Assembly: GCA_000182565.2 (NCBI GenBank)
Contig: KQ257453.1
Reading direction: 5' to 3' (one strand)
DNA from: Spizellomyces punctatus DAOM BR117
Taxonomy: Eukaryota
DNA length: 64,000 nucleotides
The notes under the pieces: generated by a model
What the model saw: the letters and a program-made list of their open reading frames with translations, nothing else
What the model was told of the DNA's origin: nothing
The model's database searches: none
Made by a program: the position numbers and the translations under genes
Shown here: positions 24,682-36,649 of the stretch, piece by piece
Numbering within the stretch: the first letter of the stretch is position 1
Layout: the number at the start of each line of letters is the position of its first letter

Positions 24682-27600
24682 TCAACCCCCACTCTCCACT
24701 CTGTGTGTAAGGGCATCAAAGCGTGCCATCCAAGCCCTCATATCCTCATCGGTTTCAGCCCTCAGTAAAAGTGTTCTTCGTGCTCCAGGGTATAACCGTA
24801 AGACGTGCTTTCTCTTGGTGTAATCCGTCGCGGGTATTGCCAGTCCTGACGATCTTGTCAAGGGAATAGTTTGAAAATGCGGGCGCATAGTTGGAGACTG
24901 ATAAAAAGTAAATATTAGCAGCTGTGGAGTTAGAAGAACATATTTAAATTCTAGGTACCTGACTATCTCCATTGCCGCTGATACTCGAGCGGCCAAGAAT
25001 CCTGCTGGTGCGCGCCAATCTTGAGGCGGTGGATCCGCTTCGACTCCTATTTCCTCCACCAAATAATGATGTGGAGGATACGGATGAACCCCCCATACTC
25101 CGCCATATACTTTTCTTCCTTGTTTCTTTCGCGTCGGGAGGACCGGGAGGAATGGTTGGGCTCATTGGGCTTACTGTCTCCGCGGCTTTGGGAGAGTCTT
25201 CTCCTGGTGTCATGGGCGGTGTCGTGCGAGGTGCAGGACCCACCACACTCTCACGAGCGCTATCGTCATCTCCCCCACTGCTACTAAATGCGCTTGCTTG
25301 ACTAGCCCTTCCTGCACGACTAGATCGTGAGAAACGACCCAATGTTATTGATTCTCGCTTTGTGCCGGCGGGTTCATTCGGATCATCAGAACCCCGCTCC
25401 CTTTCAAGGCCTTTTTCACATCGATAGAGTTCCAGTCGGGGCGGTTCAGCATAAAGGGCCGCCCAGACTTGCACCCACTTTCGAACAGGTGCTCGCAGAC
25501 CTGTCTCGAGGAGTTCATCTTTCTTGTAGAGCTGACCCTCGTAGACAGGAAGGGCGCCAGCGGCGTGGTCTTGAGAAACTTGTTCTAAAATTGTGGTGCC
25601 TGTCTCGTGCCCAATAGATGGACTGTCCTTGCTTCCCGGACTGTCAGTTTTCTCAAAGTTGGTAGGCGTTCGTGCATCAACGTGTATTGGGGAAGCCGGC
25701 GTTATCATGAATGCTGGTGGGGATGGGGAATGTGGGTAGGAAGCTGAGATGGCAGTGATAGTATCAATGTCAACCGAGAGCCGGTCGTCTGCAGCGTCAA
25801 CATTGTCGACATCGTCCATTAAAGAAGGCAACACGGTCACATAGGCTCCTTGGCTATCGGCATCGACACTGTCTGGCGAATTCATGTCAATGCTGCTCTC
25901 TGGTTTCTCCAGCACGGATCCCTGTTTCCACCTCTCTCTGTCATCAGATGTACCGGTAGATTGTTCATCAATACTTTGACGGTTCCATCGATCGATCCTG
26001 CTTGGTGTAGATTTTGAGCTACGGCCGCTCAGTGACCCGTCGGAATTTACCAATGCCCTTCCGGTCAGGCTTTCAATGACTGCATCACTACTAAACACCA
26101 CATCATCACTTCCTGCCACTCGCCTGCTCGCGCATTCCGAACTACCGGTATCGTTCCCATGTTCATCACGACCCTCTTCTTCGTTGAGCTCATCCCAATC
26201 TCGCGATACCAGAAAGTCTGATATTGATCCCGTCGAAACCCTCGATGGTAAAGAATTTTGATCTGGCTCAACGGCGTCCTCGTGCCTCCCGTAGAGCATG
26301 ACGGCCGATCCACTCTTTGTTCGACGATGACCTCTTGTGCCCGAAAGGGCACTTCGGGACGCCGGCATACCTGTGGTTCGCTCCCGACGAAGTCGGCGTG
26401 ACCCTAGGCTGGATGGTTTTGGGGCAAATTCACGTCGATTAAGCTGGACATCGGACGAGTTTGACAATGGGTTTGCGCTGGCGGTGCTGACTGATAGATT
26501 ATGTCTGTCCAGACCACTTGCGGTGCTTCCGCTCACCATTCGCTCGGTTTCAGCACCAATGTCGATGCTGAAGGCCCGTCGCCCGATCTTTTTGGACAGC
26601 GCTCCGCTGCCGTTTATTGCTGCCGTTGAGCCACCTATTTTGCCGGACCCGGCCAAGATGTCACCACTATTCGAGACCGATCCTTTACTCGTGTCCATGT
26701 CAAGCAAGCTCTGGGCAACAGGTGCAAACTTTCCAGATACACTGTGACCTCTGATCCTGCTCCGAATTCCCTGTTTCCCACCGGTAGGTCCCGTATTTGA
26801 TCCTTGCGGACTGGTGGCCACCGCCCCTCGTTTCTCCACCAGACAGCTCCGACGATAATGGTCCTCCTCTATCCAACTTCGGTAGTCGGGATGGAACTTG
26901 ACAGAGAGCACCGCCTCTTGAACGGCAGGAATAGGTTCGAAATTGTACACGCTTCCCTGCTGATAGCGAGCGATTTCGTCGAGAAGGGCATCAATCTGTA
27001 TGTACACATAAAATGGGTACACTTGCAAGAATAAACCGAGTTTCAGACCTAAATGTAACCTCTCACCTGCATCTGCCGATCTGCTGCCTGATTAGCGCGA
27101 CTAGGATCATTCTTTTCCTTCTTTAGACACTCGGACAGGAACGTTAGATCGCTCAACCATGTCCCTAAAGTATGGATGAGCATTGTAATGTCTCTCCATA
27201 AGCAACCTCAATCGTACCCAAATAAGGGACACAGGGCGGCTTGCACTCCGCTAATCGTCTCCTGTATGCTTCGCTGTTACTGAGAGGTGACATTAGATCA
27301 CACATTTTATCAAATGTGGACCTCTGCCGGCGCCCTACAATCTGATTCCAGTATCTTAATCGGATATAGAGTAATGGCGGCGGTCGTTCTTTCCAGGCTT
27401 ACCCCCCATGTTCTCGTCAATCGGTGCACCGGAGCCGATTGCAATCCCGCCGTAATACTTCGTAGTCCGTTGAAGTTGTTGATCTCCATCGAACACTGTA
27501 TAACGGTAAATAACACATGTTTTCTCCTTTCTTGAAACATCAAAGGGAGCGTCTCACCTTGGCCACGCTAATAAAGTGAATCAGCAGGTTATATCGTCGT

Positions 27601-29046
27601 TGAATCTCTTCTGAGGCAACAATCTCTTCCGCAACCCATAATGCGACCTAATAATTGCGTTTTTTTGCGAGACATTCAACTTTCCTGAACATGCTGCGGC
27701 GATAGGGTCGCGAACGATACCTGATTGAAATGCTGCGTCGTTGCGGCAATAGCAGGTGCTCGAGTGTACTTTTCCGAACCTGTCCACGCTACAGAAGCCA
27801 GCTCCTCTCGAGGAATTGATCGGAAGTAATTGCTGTCCATGAGCGCCAACTGGCGCTGCTCAGAAAATCACATTATTTGCGGTGAGATTCTTGACATCCA
27901 AAGATTGCTCGAATATGGTCATACATACAGCAAGTTCTTTTGGCGCCACATCTAGAATGTCAAATACTGGCCCGTCGTACTTGCTAACCCCGGATGGCTA
28001 CGGAATATGCTAGCCATCAGCCCTCGGAGCACAAGTCTCACCAAAATTCGAAATTTCCAAACTTTTAATCCTACCGTTCTAATATGCCGTATCGCTTTAT
28101 CTTTTATCAATGAGCTTGTTGATGCGATTGTGGCAGGAATCTTTGCAGCTTTTGCACTAGATATACTGGCCAAACTTTGCAAAGACATTCGAACCCCCTC
28201 CCCTGGTAATCGACGTTTCGGCTGCGCTGTCCATGCACTAAGGTTTCCTGCGCTTGGACTCGCGTACATTGATGATCTTTGCCGTTTTCCAACGTCTGGA
28301 GGTGACATATCTTCTACGCTACGCCCAAAGGAGCTATCTACAGATGCCCGGCGAGGGATGAGATCCTCATCGTCATCAAACTCGTCATTGCCATTTGCCA
28401 TTGCGGTTATGGAAGGACTAGATGCTCGCCGTGAGTTAGACATACACAATGTTGGGGTTGACGGTGATAGATGCTTTTGGTTCTCCCATTCCCTGGATTG
28501 CTGTGGGACGATAGGCTTATGTGGGGTTCCACTTCGTTGACTTTTCCCAGAATTTATAGAAGGCATGCTTTCATCCCTACATTTTCCCCCGCTGAACGCA
28601 AGGTTCCCGTCCGAAAAGTAGTCCCCAAGTCCATCTAGTGATTGCGCGACATTGTCAACGGACTCTGCAGTGATCGATTGACTTAGTGAGCGCGGCAGCT
28701 CGGTCGCCAGCCGCGCAACTCGAAATGGAGGCAAGGAAGGGCCCGTCCATGCACGCGGACGCGCGGATAAGGGAGCAGAGGTTGGTGATCTGACAGGGGC
28801 GTCATCGTACGAACCTCGTGGGGACCGGTATGAATGGAGAAGTCGTTGAGTTCCCGTTGGCAAGGGAGCTAATGGAGGGCGTGCGGTGGTGAGCTCGGTA
28901 CTTTCAGATGCGGTGGGGGATGTGGTAAGGTTACTCTCGTCAGTCGCCTGGCGCGATCCACTGCGAGATCCAATTGAAAGGGTGCGGCGTTTGATGGATA
29001 AAGGAGGAGGAAGCGGCGGTGCCTTACTGTCCATTAAAATTGTCAT
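24682..29046 (-). CDS. RasGEF (CDC25) domain protein with C-terminal PH domain (RalGPS-like architecture)
   Basis: INNFNGLRSITAGLQSAPVHRLTRTW, PCVPYL and WLSDLTFL in the GEF domain; PH elements YEGQLYKK..RKWVQVWAAL and YTKRKHVLRL..LLRAETDEDMRAWM. Confidence 0.85.
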
Positions 29047-29975
29047 ATTCTATGAATCATCAGGATACATGTAAGGCAATATGAGACGGCATATCTCTTC
29101 TTTACTGACCTAGTCATGTCGCGCCAGACAGTGTCCCAGCGAATCGTAACGCGGAAGCCCGCAGCAGCGAAGAAAGAAAGAGCTTCAGCCAATATGAGAG
29201 AGAGTATCTGCTGTTTGCGCCGGCTTCTCATCCAAGATTTCATTCAGCAAATTCAGGTGCTCTCCTGCGGTGTGCTGCATCAAGCCGTCGACAACGCTAC
29301 TCAACCCCGCCTTGGGATGCTCTCCAAGTCGGGAGGATTACATAATCAAACCGACCCAGGAATTCGGTTGAGTAAACCAGAATTAACAAGGCGCTTTTGC
29401 AGGCAGTTGCCATTTATCTCCGTCGATGACTTCTGGCATATTAAAGTGTCGTTTCCGCTGGAGGTTGGATTTTGCAAATGTATGGATGTTAGAAGCATAT
29501 TTAGATGGATGCGAAACTGGAGAAGCTGCGATGTTGGCAACGACAGTCAAAAGATCCATTGGCAAGCACATAGCTTCAAAGGACAGACTTGCAATAACAT
29601 GTTTCTCAAAAAGGCTGCGGTAAAACTCTTCATATTGCCATCCTTCATCGTCGGGATAAGCTGTCAAAAAGCCTTGATGATGGAGCGTGACGTGACGGGG
29701 AAAAAATCCGCAGGTGGAAAAACAGGCGTCACGATCTTATCCCACCCCTCGACGTTCGTTTAATAAATGATGCGATTGCTACGTTTTAGTTTATTGCAAA
29801 ATGATGTATTCTTGTAGTCAGCGCTTTCGCTGTCACTTTACAGCTATGGGCCAGTCTCCCCTGACTTTACCTCCAGGTCTATATAAAGGGTGAGAATCAC
29901 TTCTCCCCTCCTCGCAGTATTCAAGCTTCAAACTTTCGACTTTTTGCTTTACAATCTAACTCATTCTCACGAATC

Positions 29976-30345
29976 ATGTCGTAAGTCTCATGTAAAGTTT
30001 TCACCAGAGAGTGCATGGAGCTGATCCGCGATAATTGATAAAGTTCTGGCCAATCTTACCACCCTACCGAACACGGCGGCGTCAAGAAGGACGGTAACCC
30101 CGACCGCCGTGTAAAAGGCGAGCACGTCTCCAGTGAGACTGAACCTGCGGATCGGACTCACTCTGCTGGGCAACAGCATAGCGACATTTATAAACCAACG
30201 TGCGTACATTATTAGGAGGTGGACTTGCATGATACTTTACTCATCTAGTGTATTGCGACAATTTAGTGAGCATGGGGGAGTCAAGAAAGATGGTACGCGC
30301 GACAGGCGTGTGAAGGACGAAAATGTCACCGAAGAGGATGCATAG
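29976..30345 (+). CDS. Small hydrophilic 79-aa protein with two YxPTEHGGVKKDGxxDRRVK repeats (three exons)
   Basis: ATGTC|GTAAGT; introns 29981-30043 and 30200-30266; spliced frame open to TAG 30345; TATA box TATATAAA at ~29880. Confidence 0.8.
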
Positions 30346-31089
30346 TTACAAAATTAAAGAAAAAGCTTTGAAAATGTGTAAAACACCGCTGTGAAAATAA
30401 ACACTATTCAACAGAGTAGCTTTTTTTGGAACACTTCTGTCCCTGTATACAGTCACCTTTGAATGGTAGAACCAGGTGCACAGCGCGAGCACATCCTCTT
30501 TATCGCGCCCCATCTCTCAGGAGAAGGCTTCGTTGGCAAGCCGCGTTCAAATATGACGAGGCCAGATGAATGATAGTCAATCTAGTCAACTTGCACCTTG
30601 AGTAAGCGCCCTGCAAGATGCATGTCTTCAAAGTTCGCTCCGTAGAATGATCGGCATTACTCTTATTTAGGGATTTGCTGTAAAACCTGCCCTCACCCGT
30701 CAAGCTTCAATCTTCAGCCTCAATGAAACTTGTCGTGAGTCCAAATTGACGTGGCTGTCAGGGCTGGTTTTAGGAATGTCCGAGTTGCTCACCTTCGCAA
30801 GACCGAAGAACTACGAAGTTTTTGAAATACATGTGTGATACGGTCATGAAAGTGACATGTTGCTCTATTATGCAGTTTTGACCTGATATCCCAGATTCCC
30901 GTAGCTACTACTACTGGTGTGCACCTCTTGACACAAGATTTGCCACCCGACATATAACGTCCTAGATAATGAGAGGCCGACGCTGGCGCACGTATCGCAT
31001 GCCATTTGTCAGTATCTAGGTAGTGTCTGAATATACTACATAGCTCGGCAATAGGACATCCGAAGGAACTCCTTTCCTTCCCGAGACCC

Positions 31090-31533
31090 TCACCACAAAG
31101 CCTTCCGCCTAATTCTATCGATTCTCGTCTTTTTCTTCCCTAGTGGCAAATTCTCAAACTCTGTCTCCGCCTGCTTTTTGAGCATGTCCTTTCGGTCTTT
31201 GGGACATGGGGCGATTCGCATGATGAAGCCAGGATAAGAATTGTACTTTCTGGCAAGTTCCTGTACTGTCCACGTATCCGGATCCTCCTGTCGCAGTGTT
31301 CTAGCTTCCTCTATTTGTTGTTGAGTGAGCCATGATCGCTTGGGATATGTTCGAAGTCTTGGAGGAAGGTCCTTTTCACTGGATGGTTTGACGGGTGCGG
31401 CGTGTCTGTGGATTAAGGTACTTCCGTCGTCGAGAACCACACGCGGAGTATCCGTAGGGATATTCCATGTGTAGAAGGAGCGACACAGGAGGCTGTTATG
31501 CGACCGCACTATGGCCCGAGCAGCAGTCAACAT
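31090..31533 (-). CDS. MRPL20: Mitochondrial ribosomal protein mL58 (MrpL20)-like
   Basis: Basic mitochondrial-type presequence; DGSTLIHR..P, LPPRLR, LTQQQIEEARTLRQEDPDTWTVQELARKY. Confidence 0.8.
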   Translation of the reverse strand: MLTAARAIVRSHNSLLCRSFYTWNIPTDTPRVVLDDGSTLIHRHAAPVKPSSEKDLPPRLRTYPKRSWLTQQQIEEARTLRQEDPDTWTVQELARKYNSYPGFIMRIAPCPKDRKDMLKKQAETEFENLPLGKKKTRIDRIRRKALW

Positions 31534-31839
31534 TTTGAGCAAGAGGTTCACCAGCTCTTGCTTCCTTCGACATTTTTTGGTCACGGAGGAATGTCACATG
31601 TTGTGTAGCACGTGACTACGGGATATCGTCAACTTAATATTACAATGCGAACTCGTCCGGTATGGCATGTATGCATACGGAATAGAAGGATTCTTGCTTG
31701 CGATATAAACATCTCACACATAGAATGAAAGTAACTATGCCAGAAGACAGCAAACCGCACCTGGGGACGATCGTTGCCAAACTCTAGACCTCCGAGGTAA
31801 ACTCACGTGCCTGATCAGGTAATCCGGGCAGTGATCATC

Positions 31840-34800
31840 ATGGGCAGGACCGCCAAGCGACCTTCCTTCCGCATTGCCCTCGGGAAGACCGAATAACCAA
31901 CGTTGGGAAGCAGACATTATTGTTACGAATGGACAGGGACGAGGTATGTCTTGAAGAATGGGGACGCTTCTACAACTGCCCTTAGAATACACATAACCTA
32001 AGTTGCGCCTTCAAGGCCCTCCTCCTCGAATCCCTCGCACTTCTCTTCTCGCTTGCAGATGAGCTCCGCAAGCTCGACATTACAAACGGTAAGAATGGAA
32101 ATTGGATCTTATTGGCACGGGCATTCTGCGATCAATGATTGAATTTGGAACATTCTTGTCACAGTTCGGGCCAGCGAGTTACACTATGACCAGAGTGATA
32201 TGGCCTTGGAGGCGCTCAATTTGGTGCGAGATCGTTGCAACCAACTCGAGGATGCCATCAGATCGGGCCAATCAAAAGGAAAAGGACGAAGCGCGGCACA
32301 TGCGCACGGCGGTGTTATCTCGTTCTCATCAACGGCAACCCTAGCAGAACCTATTCCATGGGAGAGTGAATTGCCAGGACCGAACGGCACTGGAGACTGG
32401 GAGATACATCCGCCACCGATTGGTGGCTCCCATACCCCTGGAAGTCTTGGAAGGCCGCGTACTGCGTTTGTGAAAGCTGGTTTTGGCGATCGGCATGAAG
32501 AGTATTCTCACACCGTCACTGGCCACTTGGCGAGATCCCCGGAGCGAACCGTGGATGCCGCAGATTATATGGAATCAAGTTCACGATCGTCAACCCAGCC
32601 GCAACCGGTCGCATATACCGCCTTATCAACAAGCTCACCAGCAAAATCGTTTCCATCTGGAACCTCTTGGCCTCCAGAAGATATATACGAAGCGCACCCG
32701 GTTAACCCAATCCCACCTTTCGTGACGCGTTCAATGACTAACGGCGTACCGCCTGCATTGTCAAGTACTTCGTCCCAGGTATGACATGCCTTGCGTTGAG
32801 CTCATGTGTTAAATGCCGGCACTAACACTAATGTAGCCAACACCCAGCGCTTCATCATTGACTGCTGCATCAGCCAGCCGTGATACGCAGCTCGAAACTT
32901 CACATTCCAAAAAGTGTATCGAAATCACGCCCAGTGATGTCGACACGGAAACGGTCTACGTCGCTTGTAAGGAATATAAAAAGCCGGAACCAAATTCGAT
33001 GGACATTAGCCTAAAGCCCGGGGACCGCGTGAAGATAACCTGCGTAATGGACGATAACGTCACCGCCTTGGGATCGAATCTGGTAACAGGGGCAGAAGGA
33101 ACTTTTCCACTTTCCTGCCTCACATTCAAGTTTGCGTGGGATGAACTTCAAGCTGATACCGGTAAAGTACCAGCTGGCACCGCCCAGTCAGCGCCAACAT
33201 CACTAGTTACTCCGGTCAGAAGGAACGAGCCGCCCGTAGCTGCACCACCGCCTCTAATGCATACCCCTATACCATCTGCGTCCACGGGCCCGTTCCCGCC
33301 ATCTGTAGCAACGTCTGGGGGGCCGTCTGGGGGATCATCGGGAGAGTCCTCTTCGTCACGAGTAAACAGCATGATGCCAGGACGATATCTTGCCATAAAG
33401 AGCTATCCCGCAAAAAGCGAACTGGAGATATCATTGAAGCTTGGTGACGAGGTCGAGGTCATATGTTTTGCTGAGGATGGGAACACTGCTTTCGGGCTGC
33501 ACATGCCAACAAAGAACCAAGGCGCTTTCCCTTCATCCTATTTGCGCCGGCTGCCTGACGACGTAAAGGACAAAAAGGACGTCATCCCGGAGTTCATGAC
33601 AAGTGCTTTGGCTGGCATGATGAGTAACGGCTCTAGTAGTAGTGCGGCCATTCCTATCCCTTACGAGGCTGAGCTGGCCAATCCAATTGGTGGATCCTCA
33701 TATGAGCTTCCATCAAGGAGTTCGTCCCTTGCCTCCAATAGCCGAGCAAGTATTGCGTCCAGCGCGTCCGCCAATGTTTCGCGAGAAAACTCCTTTAGCC
33801 GTCACTCAAACCCCGAGCCTTCAGGTCTTTCCTCCAATGTGCAAATACCACCTAGACAACTCCCTGCGTCTAGCGTACCGTCTTCGGAAGCATCCCCTAT
33901 TTCTGCCGTGTCATCGCAGCTGCGACCAGCCGACTCTCTGTCGAAAGAAACCAGGCATAATCGGGATCGTGATTCCGTCATGGCTGCTATAGCGGCTTTG
34001 GAAGAGGAAAATGCAACTGCTTACAAAGTGTACTCTGATACTATCGGGCGATTTAGAGCTGATGGACGCCCTGTACCATTAGCTATGGTAATGTCAACTT
34101 GTGGGATCGTTTAGTCTCACGTACATGATTACCACGGGATGCATGAACTGATCAGTTACATATGCTTATATTAGAATCTGGAACTCATGAAAGCTTTGAC
34201 AAACAATATGGCGCAATATAACTGGAATCGTGAAGAGCAAGAAGAGATGCTTAGGTATGCACTTTCGGTCGAATACTTGAGTCTTCATGTCCAGTATAGC
34301 AATCTAACCCTCTTACCAACAGGGAACGAGCGGAAAGTACCGAAGACGTGGATCACCAACAACCTCCCCAGCACCCGCCAGCCCCGATACGTTCGGAATC
34401 GTATGTGGGTACGCACGAGGTTTTAGGCCAGTTCCAGCAACGCGTCAGCATTTTCCGAGAAAAGGGATACCATCCAGCGGCTCCACAGGTGTTGGGCTCG
34501 GTAAGCCGGCTGGTGCTGGTCATTAGAAACTAGCTGTATAAGAAGTGGACTGAACCGTCATGCAATTTTCTTCGTTTGACAGGCGGCTCGAGGAGGTCAA
34601 GAGGAGCACGTCGTCCCTCCGCGCCAACAGATATCATCCGAAGAAGCTCAGAAACAGCGAGCAACCCTCATATCGATTGTACTGGAACTGGAATACACGG
34701 AGACCAATTATAGAAATGACTTGCATGCGTTGATAGACGTACGTTTCTTACAATTGGTAGCGACCTTGATTCTTATTAACCTGCATCGCGCCACAGCATA

Positions 34801-36382
34801 TCATGAAGCCTATGATCGCCGAAAACATTGTCCGAAAAGCCGACATCGATCACATCTTTAAGATCATTCCTCAGTTATGCAGCCTTAGTGATATCCTCGC
34901 TGTTCAACTCTCGGAGGCAGCGCAGAACTTTGATAGAGATCCCTTTGCTGTTGGCACCGTATTTCTGAATCACGTTAGTAGCCGCGTTTGCACCTGTAGT
35001 CTTTGTCGACTTCTTCTGATTGATTCATCGCTGTTATCTCATAGGTGGAGGAGTGGAATATCTACATTAAATACGTGGAGAACTATGCAATGGCCAAGAA
35101 GACCATACGGCGACTCGAAGACTCTAAAACATGTGGTGAAGCTTTCAAACAATTCTTAGAGGTAATTACATGGATTCGCCATTCTTACGAATCCGTTACT
35201 GAATTCAGGAGGGTTTATCTCAGAAATGTCGCCGAAAACCCGAATGCCACAGAACCGATATTCACGGATTCTTAATATTACCCATTCAGAGAATCAGTCG
35301 TTACTGGCTTTTGCTTCAGCGTACGTGCAATTGTGCGGTGATTGCTTCTTTGTTTAGTTGTTGATGGAAGAATTGCTGCAGGTTTGAGGAAACATAGTGA
35401 CCACACTAACCCGGCGTGTGAAACGTGAGTTAACCCAGTCTGTATTGCATGAACTGTGAGCCAGGATTAACCTTTCGGTCTGCAGTCTCGAGGTGGCTGG
35501 GCAGTACATGTTCCAGATAGGTAGTATGTTAGACTATGTCAAGCGAAGGGACGATGAAATGCATCGCATGTTTGAAATTGCGGGCGAAGTCAAAGGGTTT
35601 CCGGTGCGTTTCTCAATCTCGTTGGGCTTTGAAAGACCAGATAATTGAATAATCTCCCGTGCCTAGGCGAATATCATCTCCTTCACTCAACGACGCTTTA
35701 TTGCCCAATACGAAGCGGATGAAGTGACTGGGGCGAAAAGGCTTATTCTCTTCCTATTCTCGGACTGCATCCTGGTATGCACATATCGCAAACCGCGGGA
35801 CATTGCAGCAGACGGTAAGAAATACGAACTGGCCTTAAAAGTGGAATCCAAAGGCATGGTTATCGAAGACGATCATGGTAGGCATCTGTATTCCTTCTTT
35901 GCAGTACCCTGGTATACCTTTTAATTGGGATTACCATCATAGACGATCCGTCCATGATCCGGCTTCGTTTTACGGAACACAACCCACCAACGTCACAATC
36001 AAGCGCCAACTCCCGAGACAGTTCCACATCGGGTGGTTTCCGCATTTCGTGGGAAAGATCTCGGTCCTCTGTAAGCCTATCCGATCATCACGGACACGGC
36101 GGTCGTCGCCTGTCGTCGGACTTGGACGAACCAGTCCATTTACTACTGGTCTTGCGATTTGCCGATAGCCGAACGAGAGATGAGTTCATTTCAGATGTGA
36201 AGAAAGCGGAAGAATGGGGATTGAGAAGATTGAGGGAAAAGGAAAAGGGTGGTGGTGTCCCTGCGGAGGTCCCTCCTGTACGAGAGAAGAGAGGAAGCTT
36301 GGCAGAGAGGGCGTCGGTGTTTGAGTTGACAAATGGGGAGGACCTGTTGAATGAGTTGTATTATCAGGGGAAAGTTGGATGA
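31840..36382 (+). CDS. Protein with two SH3 domains and a RhoGEF (DH-PH) module (multi-exon; start uncertain)
   Basis: SH3s YVACKEY..ISLKPGDRV..GTFPLSCL and YLAIKSY..EISLKLGDEV..GAFPSSYL; DH ELEYTETNY..L, YIKYVENY, LILPIQRISRYWLLL; PH RLILFLFSDCILVC. Confidence 0.8.
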
Positions 36383-36649
36383 GACGTGATAGATGTCGAA
36401 TGTTCGGTGCATATAACTTTCTCATGGGACACTTGGCGGCTATCTGTTGTACATAGGTTGTTGTGTGGGAGATATTCTAAATAGTTGGGATTCGAGGTCT
36501 GTGATCCGCCGCCAATTGGACGGTGAATTCAGGCGACAACCAAGTTTGAAGCTGAGGGCACATGTGACAATTAGAGACATGGAAACGATTTTACTATTCA
36601 TCTGTACTATTATTTACATATCAATTACAAAATTTCATGAACCTTTTGG

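Noticed and set aside
29100..29763. 215-aa (+) and 94-aa (-) ORFs
   Set aside because: No recognisable motifs and no convincing gene model; a degenerate gene cannot be excluded.
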